From: Minisyncoccota bacterium
GTDB taxonomy: Bacteria; Patescibacteriota; Minisyncoccia; Phycocordibacterales; UBA6065
Reading direction: 5' to 3'
Assembly: GCA_041661645.1 (NCBI GenBank)
Contig: JBAZUA010000002.1
Location: forward strand, 97,944-161,943
DNA length: 64,000 bases
The stretch's first letter is position 1. Each line of letters starts with the position of its first letter. The notes below the pieces were generated by a model. The model made no database searches, was not told the origin of the DNA, and worked only from the letters and a program-made list of their open reading frames with translations. Below are positions 55,301 through 63,655 of the stretch, piece by piece. A program made the position numbers and the translations under genes.

Positions 55301-55506
55301 GCGTGGCTCATACTCTCCGCGAAATCCTCACCATCAAGTCCGACGACATACAGGGACGATCTGCGGCATTTGACTCCATCGTCAAGGGCGAGAAGCTCCA
55401 GCAGCCGAACATCCCTGCCTCGTTCAACGTATTGCTTAACAGCCTTCGCGGACTCGCGCTCGACGTCGACCTCAAGAAGGACAAGGGCGAAGCTAACAAG
55501 AAATAA
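52333..55506 (+). CDS. rpoB: DNA-directed RNA polymerase subunit beta (compact, 1057 aa)
   Basis: Universal beta motifs throughout ([24 protein letters not shown]..., NMQKQA, the fork/active site [13 protein letters not shown]..., [13 protein letters not shown]). Confidence 0.9.
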   Translation: [1057 protein letters not shown]

Positions 55507-55511
55507 AATTT

Positions 55512-58500
55512 ATGGCCTACACACCAAAGAACAACAAGCCAGGGGGAGAGGGAATCGACTTCGACATAGTCGGCCTTCGCCTCGCATCGCCTGACCGCAT
55601 CAAGGAGTGGTCCTTCGGAGAGGTCACCAAGCCCGAGACCATAAACTATCGAACTCAGCGTTCCGAGAAGAACGGACTCTTCGACGAGAAGATCTTCGGA
55701 CCGGACAAGGACTATGAGTGCTATTGCGGAAAGTACCGTGGCATTCGCTATAAGGGAATCGTCTGTGAAAAATGCGGGGTCGAGATAACTCGATCGATCG
55801 TAAGGCGCGAGCGCATGGGTCACATCGAGCTTGCCACCCCGGTATCTCACATCTGGTTCCTTCGCTCAATGCCATCACGCCTCGGCCTTATCCTCGGCAT
55901 GACGACCTCGGACCTCGAGAAGGTCATCTACTTCGCCGGCTACATTGTCACCGCGGTGCACGAGACTGCCCGACAGGAGATCACCCGCGACCTCGAATCC
56001 GAGTTCAAGTCGAAGATCAAGAGCATCGTCGACGAGAAGACCAAGGAGGCTTTGAAGGGCATGTACACGACCGCCAAGAAGGAGATCGACGGCATCCAGG
56101 AGGGCGTCGTCCTCGACGAGCTCGAGTACGGCAAGTTCTCGATGAAGTACGCGACCCTCTTTGACGCCGGAATCGGCGCAGAGGCGATCTACAATATCTG
56201 CAAGAACATCGACCTCAAGAAGCTTGAGGCACAGCTCGTCGTCAATCTCGAGAAGGCCGGATCGCTCGAGAAGGACAAGATGAACCGACGCCTCTCGGTC
56301 GTTCGATCGATGATCAAGAGCGCCATCCGCCCAGAGTGGATGTTCCTCTCCCGAATTCCCGTCATCCCACCGGCACTTCGACCCATGGTTCCCCTCGACG
56401 GCGGACGCTATGCGACCTCCGACGTGAACGACCTCTACCGACGCGTCATCAACCGCAACAACCGACTCCAGAAGCTCAAGGACATACAGGCCCCTGACGT
56501 CATCCTTCGAAACGAGAAGCGCATCCTTCAGGAGGCGGTAGACGCACTCATCGACAATTCGATCCGACACGGAAACTCGACCACCGCGGCGGGATCCCTC
56601 GCTCAGAAGCGAGCCCTCAAGTCTCTTGCGGACAACCTCAAGGGAAAGAAGGGTCTCCTCCGAGGAAACCTCCTCGGAAAGCGAGTGGACTACTCGGGAC
56701 GATCCGTCATCGTCGTCGGTCCCGACCTCGCCCTCGACCAGTGCGGACTTCCAAAGCATATGGCGCTCGAGCTCTTCAAGCCATTCGTCATAAGCCAGCT
56801 TCTCAAGAGGGAATTGGCGTATAACATCCGCGGCGCATCGCGACTGATCGAGGAGAGCATCCCAGAGGTCTGGGCAATCCTCGAAGACGTCATCGCGGGC
56901 AAGTACGTGCTCCTCAACCGAGCGCCTACGCTCCACCGACTCGGCATCCAGGCATTCCGACCGACCCTCATTGAGGGTAACGCCATCCAGGTTCACCCTC
57001 TCGTCTGTTCCGCCTTCAACGCGGACTTCGACGGAGACCAGATGGCGGTTCACGTCCCTCTCTCGCCAGAAGCCCAGCTCGAGGCGAAGGAGATCATGTC
57101 GGCCGACAAGAACATCCTCAAGCCAGGCTCCGGAGACCTCACCCTCACCAACAAGATGCTCGACATCATCCTCGGCGTGTATTGGATGACCAAGGGAATC
57201 AAGGGGGAGAAGGGCGAGGGCAAGATCTTCGAGTCTCCCGAGGCGGCAATGCTCGTCGCGGACTTCAACGAGGTCTCGTACCGAGCCGTGGTTAAAGTGC
57301 TCGCCCCCGACAACGCCAAGTACGCGGAGCATGCCGGCAAGGTGTTTGAGACGACCATTGGACGAATACTCTTCAACAACATACTTCCCGCGGACTACCC
57401 ATTCATCAACAAGGAGGTGGAGCGAAAGACCATGTCGGGCATCATGGACGACCTCATCGTTCGATACTCGATCGACAAGGTTCCAGCGATCCTCAATGAC
57501 ATAAAGAAATTCGGCTTCACCTATACCACATACTCGGGAATCACCTGGGGAATCGACGACGTGAAGACCCCTGTCGGAAAGGGTAAGGTCATCGACGCAG
57601 CAAAGACCGAGTCTGAGAAGGTCAACGACCAGTTCGGCGATGGACTTCTCTCTGACGAGGAACGCATTCGAAAGAACGTCGAGATCTGGCACAAGGCAAA
57701 GTCAGACATCGAGAAGCTCATCCCTGATTCGCTCGACCCCAACGGCCCTGTCACCGACATGGTTCGCTCTGGAGCCCGAGGATCGATCGGAAACATCACC
57801 CAGATGGTCGGAATGAAGGGTCTCATCACCAGTACCTCTGGAGAGACCATCGAGTTCCCGATCATCTCCGGAATGAAGGACGGCCTCACCCCGATTGAGT
57901 ACTTCATCACCACCCACGGAGCTCGAAAGGGTCTCACCGACACCGCCCTCAACACGGCGCGCGCAGGTTACCTCACCCGACGACTCTTCGATGTCGCGCA
58001 GGACGTCATCATCACCGAGACTGACTGCGGCACCAAGGACTCGATCATCGTCAAGAAGGAGAGCGCTTCGGGCATCGAGGTCTCGATTGCCAAGAAGGTC
58101 CGCGGACGAGTGCTCGGCGCTGACGTCGTAACCGCCTCAGGCGAGGTTCTCTTCAAGAAGGGAGACCTTCTCTCGAAGCAGGACGCCCAGAAGATAGAGA
58201 ACGCAGGAGTCGCCGAGATCAAGGTTCGCTCGCCGCTCGCCTGCAAGACCCTTCACGGCGTCTGCCAGCAGTGCTATGGACTCGACCTCGGAAAGAATCA
58301 CCTCATCGACATCGGCGAGGCCGTCGGAACCGTCGCCGCACAGGCCATCGGAGAGCCGGGAACCCAGCTCACCATGCGTACCTTCCACGCGGGAGGAACG
58401 GCATCGGTCGGCGGAGACATCACCGCGGGACTCCCGCGAGTGGAAGAGGTGTTCGAGAAGCGACGACCAAAGAACCCTGCGGTCATCGCGACTGTCAGCG

Positions 58501-59210
58501 GCGTCGTCGCATCGGTCAAGGATCACGGAAAGGAGAAGATCATCACCGTCATGCCGGACATCGAGGACAAGGGCAAGACCAAGAAGGCAGGGGAGATCGA
58601 GTACTCGTTCTCGTCGCGCCGAATGGCGCTCGTCAAGCAGGGCGACAAGATAGCGAAGGGCCAGTTCCTCACCGACGGATCCGCTGACATCGACGAGGTG
58701 TTCGAGTTCGCCGGAAAGGAGAGGGCGATGGAGTACATCATCCACGAGATCGGAAAGATTTACGAGCTTCAGGGAGAGACCGTCTCCCGAAAGCACATCG
58801 AGATCATCGTCAAGCAGATGTTCTCCCGAAACAGGATCACCGAGCCGGGCGACAGCAAGTTCTCGGTCAACGACATCATCAACCTCTCTGACATCAGCGC
58901 GGAGAACGCGCGGGTCAAGGGCGAGGACAAGACCCAGGCGACGGCAGAGTCCGTGGTCATGGGAATCACCGAGGTGTCCCTCTCACGACAGTCGTTCCTC
59001 TCGGCGGCGTCATTCCAGCACACCACCCGAATCTTCATCTCGGCCGCCATTCGCGGAACCGAGGACCATCTCCAGGGACTCAAGGAGAACGTCATCATCG
59101 GACGCCTCATCCCTGCGGGAACCGGCTACAAGGGCAGCAACAAGCACAAGATGATCGAGGCGATGTCATCGATGGAGCAGGCGTCAGCGCCTTCGGAGGC
59201 GGTAGAATAA
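55512..59210 (+). CDS. rpoC: DNA-directed RNA polymerase subunit beta' (1232 aa)
   Basis: Zn-binding CxxC motifs (YECYCGKYRG...CEKCGVEIT), catalytic NADFDGDQMAVHVPLS, bridge helix and trigger loop regions. Confidence 0.9.
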   Translation: MAYTPKNNKPGGEGIDFDIVGLRLASPDRIKEWSFGEVTKPETINYRTQRSEKNGLFDEKIFGPDKDYECYCGKYRGIRYKGIVCEKCGVEITRSIVRRERMGHIELATPVSHIWFLRSMPSRLGLILGMTTSDLEKVIYFAGYIVTAVHETARQEITRDLESEFKSKIKSIVDEKTKEALKGMYTTAKKEIDGIQEGVVLDELEYGKFSMKYATLFDAGIGAEAIYNICKNIDLKKLEAQLVVNLEKAGSLEKDKMNRRLSVVRSMIKSAIRPEWMFLSRIPVIPPALRPMVPLDGGRYATSDVNDLYRRVINRNNRLQKLKDIQAPDVILRNEKRILQEAVDALIDNSIRHGNSTTAAGSLAQKRALKSLADNLKGKKGLLRGNLLGKRVDYSGRSVIVVGPDLALDQCGLPKHMALELFKPFVISQLLKRELAYNIRGASRLIEESIPEVWAILEDVIAGKYVLLNRAPTLHRLGIQAFRPTLIEGNAIQVHPLVCSAFNADFDGDQMAVHVPLSPEAQLEAKEIMSADKNILKPGSGDLTLTNKMLDIILGVYWMTKGIKGEKGEGKIFESPEAAMLVADFNEVSYRAVVKVLAPDNAKYAEHAGKVFETTIGRILFNNILPADYPFINKEVERKTMSGIMDDLIVRYSIDKVPAILNDIKKFGFTYTTYSGITWGIDDVKTPVGKGKVIDAAKTESEKVNDQFGDGLLSDEERIRKNVEIWHKAKSDIEKLIPDSLDPNGPVTDMVRSGARGSIGNITQMVGMKGLITSTSGETIEFPIISGMKDGLTPIEYFITTHGARKGLTDTALNTARAGYLTRRLFDVAQDVIITETDCGTKDSIIVKKESASGIEVSIAKKVRGRVLGADVVTASGEVLFKKGDLLSKQDAQKIENAGVAEIKVRSPLACKTLHGVCQQCYGLDLGKNHLIDIGEAVGTVAAQAIGEPGTQLTMRTFHAGGTASVGGDITAGLPRVEEVFEKRRPKNPAVIATVSGVVASVKDHGKEKIITVMPDIEDKGKTKKAGEIEYSFSSRRMALVKQGDKIAKGQFLTDGSADIDEVFEFAGKERAMEYIIHEIGKIYELQGETVSRKHIEIIVKQMFSRNRITEPGDSKFSVNDIINLSDISAENARVKGEDKTQATAESVVMGITEVSLSRQSFLSAASFQHTTRIFISAAIRGTEDHLQGLKENVIIGRLIPAGTGYKGSNKHKMIEAMSSMEQASAPSEAVE

Positions 59211-59243
59211 GTAGTGTCGCTGCGGGGTTGGTAACATAACTCA

Positions 59244-60992
59244 ATGTCCACTCACGTCCAAGACATAAAGGAGCGCCTCGGCATCGCGGATGTCGTCGGC
59301 TCCTACATCAAGCTCGAGAAATCGGGTGCGAACTACAAGGCACGGTGTCCCTTCCACAACGAGAAGACGCCGTCCTTCTACGTGTCTCCCGATCGCGGAA
59401 CCTTCTATTGCTTCGGCTGCCAGGCGAAAGGGGACATATTCAGCTTCGTCGAGAAGTTCGAAGGCCTCGACTTCATGGGCTCCCTGAAGGTGCTCGCGGA
59501 GAGGGCGGGCGTCGTCCTCTCAAGGAACGACGCGGGCAAGGACAACAGGAAGGAGCTCCTCTACGAGATACTGGACAAGGCAACGGACTTCTTCGAGGGC
59601 AATCTCAAGGCCAATCCAGCTCCGCATCAATACCTCGTCGGGCGCGGCCTGACCGAGGAGACCATCACGCGGTTTCGCATAGGATTCGCGCCTGCGGAGT
59701 GGCGACTGCTCAGGAACTTCCTCAAGTCGAAGGGCTACAGGGACGCGGATGTCGAGGCCGTCGGCCTCATAAAGAAGACCGACAAGCCGGGCGCAGACCC
59801 CTATTACGACGCCTTTCGCGGACGTATCGTCTTCCCGATCAGTGACTCGTCGGGCAGGGTCGTGGCATTCACGGGACGAACCCTTGACGAGGTCGCCAAT
59901 CCGCCGAAATACCTCAACAGCCCCGAGACAGTCCTCTTCACCAAGTCCAAGGTGCTTTATGGCCTCGACAAGGCCAAGATAGACATCAGGAAGCGCGATT
60001 ATGCCATTCTGGTGGAAGGGCAGATGGACCTTGTCATGCTCCATCAGGCCGGCCACACCAACGCGGTGGCGGCCTCGGGCACGGCGTTCACCGAGGATAC
60101 CGGTCCCGACTCGGCCCTCGGCCTCCTGACCAGGCTCTCGGACAACATCGTCGTGGCGTTCGACTCGGACTCGGCGGGGCAGAAGGCGGCGAAGAGAATC
60201 GTGCCGGCCCTCTCCCTCATGTCCGCCATATCGCTCGGCATGAACGTCAAGATCATTGACATCAAGGGCGGCAAGGACCCCGCGGACATCATCAAGGAGG
60301 ACCCGAAGGCATGGGTCAAGATGATGGAGACCAAGAAACACTTCATCGAGTTCCTCGTGGACGCCCTCGTTGATAAGAAGGGGACGCCCGCAGAAATCGT
60401 GAAGCTCGTCAATCAAGACATCTTCCCATTCGTCCGCAGGATTCCAGGGGACACCCAGAAGTTCCAGGCCATAAAGCTCGTCGCCGACGGGCTGGCCCTG
60501 AACGAGGGGGCTCTTTGGAAAGATCTCCAGGAATATGTCCGCAAGAATCCCTCCGAGCGTCCGGCCGCATCGCCTCCCACCGAGGCAAAGGTCAAGGTCA
60601 ATCGGCTCGAATCGATAGAACGGAAGCTTATCGGCATACTCAACTCAAAGAAATATCTGAAGGGGGATGAATCTCAGAGGCAGAGGCTCGCGGCGGTGGT
60701 TGGCCCCGAGAGAATGTCGGTCATCGACAGGCTCTCTCCCGAGGACATCGCCGAGCTCACCCTCGAGGCCGAGGTCACCTACGGGGACGAGGGGAGGTTC
60801 GAGAGGGAGTATTCGGTACTCCTGCTCCATCTCGAAGAGGAATTCCTGAGGAAAAGGCTCAATGACAGGATGATGGAATTGCAGAGGGCGGAAAAGAGTC
60901 CGGACAAGGCGATGGTAGAGGGTTTGATGAGGGACATACAGTCGATTTCCAAGAGAATATACGAGGTGAAACAATTAACAACTGCGCTATAA
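59244..60992 (+). CDS. dnaG: DNA primase
   Basis: Zinc-binding domain CPFHNEKTPSFYVSPDRGTFYCFGCQAKGD; Toprim core EGQMDLVMLHQAG...VVAFDSDSAGQKAA. Confidence 0.85.
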   Translation: MSTHVQDIKERLGIADVVGSYIKLEKSGANYKARCPFHNEKTPSFYVSPDRGTFYCFGCQAKGDIFSFVEKFEGLDFMGSLKVLAERAGVVLSRNDAGKDNRKELLYEILDKATDFFEGNLKANPAPHQYLVGRGLTEETITRFRIGFAPAEWRLLRNFLKSKGYRDADVEAVGLIKKTDKPGADPYYDAFRGRIVFPISDSSGRVVAFTGRTLDEVANPPKYLNSPETVLFTKSKVLYGLDKAKIDIRKRDYAILVEGQMDLVMLHQAGHTNAVAASGTAFTEDTGPDSALGLLTRLSDNIVVAFDSDSAGQKAAKRIVPALSLMSAISLGMNVKIIDIKGGKDPADIIKEDPKAWVKMMETKKHFIEFLVDALVDKKGTPAEIVKLVNQDIFPFVRRIPGDTQKFQAIKLVADGLALNEGALWKDLQEYVRKNPSERPAASPPTEAKVKVNRLESIERKLIGILNSKKYLKGDESQRQRLAAVVGPERMSVIDRLSPEDIAELTLEAEVTYGDEGRFEREYSVLLLHLEEEFLRKRLNDRMMELQRAEKSPDKAMVEGLMRDIQSISKRIYEVKQLTTAL

Positions 60993-61000
60993 TACACCGT

Positions 61001-62227
61001 ATGCCTAAAAAGAATATAAAGACCACCAAAAAGGCCGCAAAGAAGTCAGTTTCAAAACCAGCTTCAAACAAGGCCCCAAAGAAGGTTTCCCGACCGCCCG
61101 CAAAGGTGCCTAAGCCTGCCAAGGCCGTGGTACTCAAGGGCAAGGACAAGGCCCGCGACATCGCAAAGAGGTCCGAGCGCCTGCTCGCCAAGGGCAAGGA
61201 GCGCGGCTTCATCACCTATGACGAGATTCTCAAGGAGTTTCCGACGGTCGAGGACGATATCATGTTCCTCGACGAGCTCTATCAGCGCCTCTCCAGCGCG
61301 GGCATCGACGTGCTCGAATCGGGCGGTATGCTCGACCTCGAGCCCGAGAAGGAGGTGGGCAAGAAGTACAGCTTCGGACGCTCGAGCGACTCGTCATATG
61401 ACTCGATCCAGATGTACCTCAAGGAGATCGGACAGTATCCTCTTGTGTCTGCGGCCATGGAGAAGGAACTCGCTCGACGCATCGAGGCGGGGGATGAGGA
61501 GGCAAAGAACCTTCTGGCCAAGGCAAACCTCCGACTGGTGGTTTCCATCGCAAAGAAATATGTCGGACGCTCCGCCGATCTCACCTTGCTGGATCTCATT
61601 CAGGAGGGAAACCTCGGCCTCTTCAAGGCTGTCGACAAGTTCGATTGGACCAAGGGATACAAATTTTCCACATACGCCACCTGGTGGATCAGGCAGGCGA
61701 TCACCCGCGCGTTGGCCGACCAGAGCCGAACCATCCGCGTGCCGGTGCACATGGTAGAGACCATTGCCAAGTACAAGCAGGTCGTCCGCCGACTGTCCCA
61801 GGATCTGGGACGAGACCCTCTCGCCGACGAGATCGCGACCGAGATGGGGCTTGAGGTGGAGAAGGTGTATCAGATCGAGAAAATCGACCAGGACACCGTG
61901 TCCCTCGAGTCACCTGTCGGCGACGACGGCGATGACGGTAAATCGACCCTTGGCGACTTCCTCTCTGATGACAAGATTTTGTCGCCGGATCAGGAATCGT
62001 CTCGCCGCATCCTCTCGGATCAGGTGAAGGCGATCCTCGACGACCTCTCGCCGAAGGAGCGAAAGATCCTCGAGATGCGACACGGCTTGAACGACGGCAT
62101 CACCCACACCCTCGAGGAGGTGGGCAAGGAGTTCGGCGTCACCCGCGAGCGCATCAGGCAGATCGAGGCGAAGGCGCACGAGAAGATCAGGCAGCACGAG
62201 AGGGTGAATCAGCTGAAGAACTACTAG
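61001..62227 (+). CDS. rpoD: RNA polymerase primary sigma factor (sigma70 family, RpoD-like)
   Basis: Regions 1.2 to 4 present: DSIQMYLKEIGQYPLVS, LIQEGNLGLFKAVDKFD, YATWWIRQAITRA (2.4), TLEEVGKEFGVTRERIRQIEAKA (4.2). Lys-rich N-terminus. Confidence 0.85.
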   Translation: MPKKNIKTTKKAAKKSVSKPASNKAPKKVSRPPAKVPKPAKAVVLKGKDKARDIAKRSERLLAKGKERGFITYDEILKEFPTVEDDIMFLDELYQRLSSAGIDVLESGGMLDLEPEKEVGKKYSFGRSSDSSYDSIQMYLKEIGQYPLVSAAMEKELARRIEAGDEEAKNLLAKANLRLVVSIAKKYVGRSADLTLLDLIQEGNLGLFKAVDKFDWTKGYKFSTYATWWIRQAITRALADQSRTIRVPVHMVETIAKYKQVVRRLSQDLGRDPLADEIATEMGLEVEKVYQIEKIDQDTVSLESPVGDDGDDGKSTLGDFLSDDKILSPDQESSRRILSDQVKAILDDLSPKERKILEMRHGLNDGITHTLEEVGKEFGVTRERIRQIEAKAHEKIRQHERVNQLKNY

Positions 62228-62233
62228 GTAGTT

Positions 62234-62333
62234 TTCCTCCGCCCTCGCACCGGGCACGCGTATTCGCCTGGTGGCGAATCGCTCTGCTCGGCCCGTCGGC
62301 CTGCGCAGGGCCCTCTCTTGGGCGGAGGGAAAC
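62234..62333. repeat. palindromic intergenic repeat element, copy C
   Basis: 13-nt inverted arms (TTTTCCTCCGCCC / GGGCGGAGGGAAA). The interior shares CGCCTGGTGGCGA and CTCGGCCCGTCGGCCT (16/16) with copy A. Begins 7 nt after the rpoD stop. Confidence 0.6.
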
Positions 62334-62424
62334 TCCTGTAGTCCACATCGTGTTTTGCAAAAGCAAAAGCCGCCAAACTGGCGGCTTTTGCTTTATTACA
62401 GTGAATATTCTATGCTGGTCACAA

Positions 62425-62666
62425 ACCAAAACCTGTTCTATATGCTAATACTGAATATTTGTATGCCGAAGAGGGGGTCTCTAAAAGGGAGTCCCTCGAC
62501 TCTTGCCAGGAACCTCAATGCCTATTCCCCTAAGGAGTGGAAGAGCTTCTTTGATGGTGTCACCCGAAGGGGCGAATCGAGAAGGATGCGTGAAGCCCGT
62601 GCAAGAGCAAGAGTCCAAAGACGTTTTGTATGATAGGCAAGCCACCGATAGGGTGGCTTTTTGTTG
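62425..62666 (+). ncRNA. candidate small RNA (promoter-like TTGCTT-N17-TATGCT to terminator GCCACCgatagGGTGGC-T5)
   Basis: Non-coding interval between rpoD and the small minus-strand ORF, with its own plus-strand intrinsic terminator at 62641-62666. No class assignable by eye. Confidence 0.25.
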
Positions 62667-62719
62667 TCTAAAAAAGAAAACCCGCATCGGCTGGCGATGC
62701 GGGCTTGGGGCAGAGGGCT

Positions 62720-62860
62720 TCAGTAGTCCTCGATTTTTGGTGTTCCGAAGATAAGGAACATGACGGCGAAGAAGAACATGATCACAGGGGCTTGGATGAG
62801 TATCTTTGCCGTCTCGAGGTATTCCTCGGCCTTGCTCATGGGGCGAAGTGCGGTGTTCAT
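62720..62860 (-). CDS. possible small membrane protein (46 aa), below the ORF-track length cutoff
   Basis: Reverse-complement translation reads MNTALRPMSKAEEYLETAKILIQAPVIMFFFAVMFLIFGTPKIEDY*, followed on the minus strand by hairpin GCCCGCATCGCCAGCCGATGCGGGT plus T-run at 62675-62711. Confidence 0.3.
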   Translation of the reverse strand: MNTALRPMSKAEEYLETAKILIQAPVIMFFFAVMFLIFGTPKIEDY

Positions 62861-62949
62861 TGGGTGGGTAAGGGGAAGGAGCGGGGTTCCTTAAAATAAT
62901 ACCCCGAAAATGTCATCTGTCAATGTTCCACATTGCTCGACATGCATAG

Positions 62950-62981
62950 AATAAACACCTCAATCAATTGAGGTGTTTATT
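62950..62981. terminator. hairpin terminator (CCTCAA-N4-TTGAGG family), bidirectional
   Basis: AATAAACACCTCAA-tcaa-TTGAGGTGTTTATT, 45 nt downstream of the FKBP gene on the minus strand. Confidence 0.6.
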
Positions 62982-63025
62982 CTTGCCCTGCGTAAAGGTG
63001 AAAGGTCGGTGCTGCTTAGCCGAGA

Positions 63026-63577
63026 CTACTTTACCGCTATGAGCTGAACCTCGAAGACGAGGGTCGAGTTCGGCGGAATGAGGTTTCCGGCGCCGCGGGC
63101 TCCATAGCCGAGGTCAGGAGAGATGACGAGCCTTCGCGTGCCGCCCACCTTCATGCCCTGTATTCCGAGGTCCCAGCCCTGGATCACCTGGCCCACGCCG
63201 AGGGTGAACTCGAACGGCTGCCCGCGATCAACCGAGCTGTCAAACTTGGTCCCGTTCACGAGGGTTCCGACATAGTGCGCCTGAATCGTCTGTCCGGCCT
63301 TTGCCTCCGCTCCGGTGCCCACCTTCTCGTCATAGATCTCGAGGCCTGGGGTCTTTGATGTGTTCTGCATGGTTGTTATTGTTGCTGTTTCTGATGATGA
63401 TTCTGTCGTTGATCCCGTCGTCGAAGCGTTTACGTCTATTTGGGTGGTTGGGGTCTGGCCTGCCGGGGTGATCGTGCCCTTAAGCGTCTTCCAGATTGCC
63501 CCGCCGAAGAAGAGTATCGCGGCGGCGACGAGCGCGACGGCCACGGCTACCCACTCTCGTGTCTTTAATGTTCTCAT
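63026..63577 (-). CDS. FKBP-type peptidyl-prolyl cis-trans isomerase (membrane-anchored/secreted)
   Basis: C-terminal FKBP domain: GLEIYDEKVGTGAEAKAGQTIQAHYVGTLVNGTKFDSSVDRGQPFEFTLGVGQVIQGWDLGIQGMKVGGTRRLVISPDLGYG. N-terminal TM and Thr-rich linker. Confidence 0.8.
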   Translation of the reverse strand: MRTLKTREWVAVAVALVAAAILFFGGAIWKTLKGTITPAGQTPTTQIDVNASTTGSTTESSSETATITTMQNTSKTPGLEIYDEKVGTGAEAKAGQTIQAHYVGTLVNGTKFDSSVDRGQPFEFTLGVGQVIQGWDLGIQGMKVGGTRRLVISPDLGYGARGAGNLIPPNSTLVFEVQLIAVK

Positions 63578-63655
63578 TATGGTGTTTTAGCTAATACCGC
63601 ACCATTGTACTATAATGACAGCCATACAATCCATAGTAAGCAAGTATAAAGACAC

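Noticed and set aside
55875-57692. 605-aa minus-strand ORF inside rpoC; likewise the 52315..53280, 53344..54132 and 54340..55188 minus ORFs inside rpoB
   Set aside because: They are antisense to universally conserved RNAP subunits with intact motifs on the plus strand.
62400-62666. Calling the post-rpoD non-coding interval SRP RNA or 6S RNA
   Set aside because: A loose resemblance (GAAGGAUGCG...AAGCCCGUGCAAG) to the SRP domain IV consensus is too weak. No diagnostic motif was found.
62271-62754. Plus-strand ORFs 62271..62633 and 62503..62754
   Set aside because: They run through repeat copy C and hairpins or terminators. A small-protein gene is better supported on the opposite strand (62720..62860).
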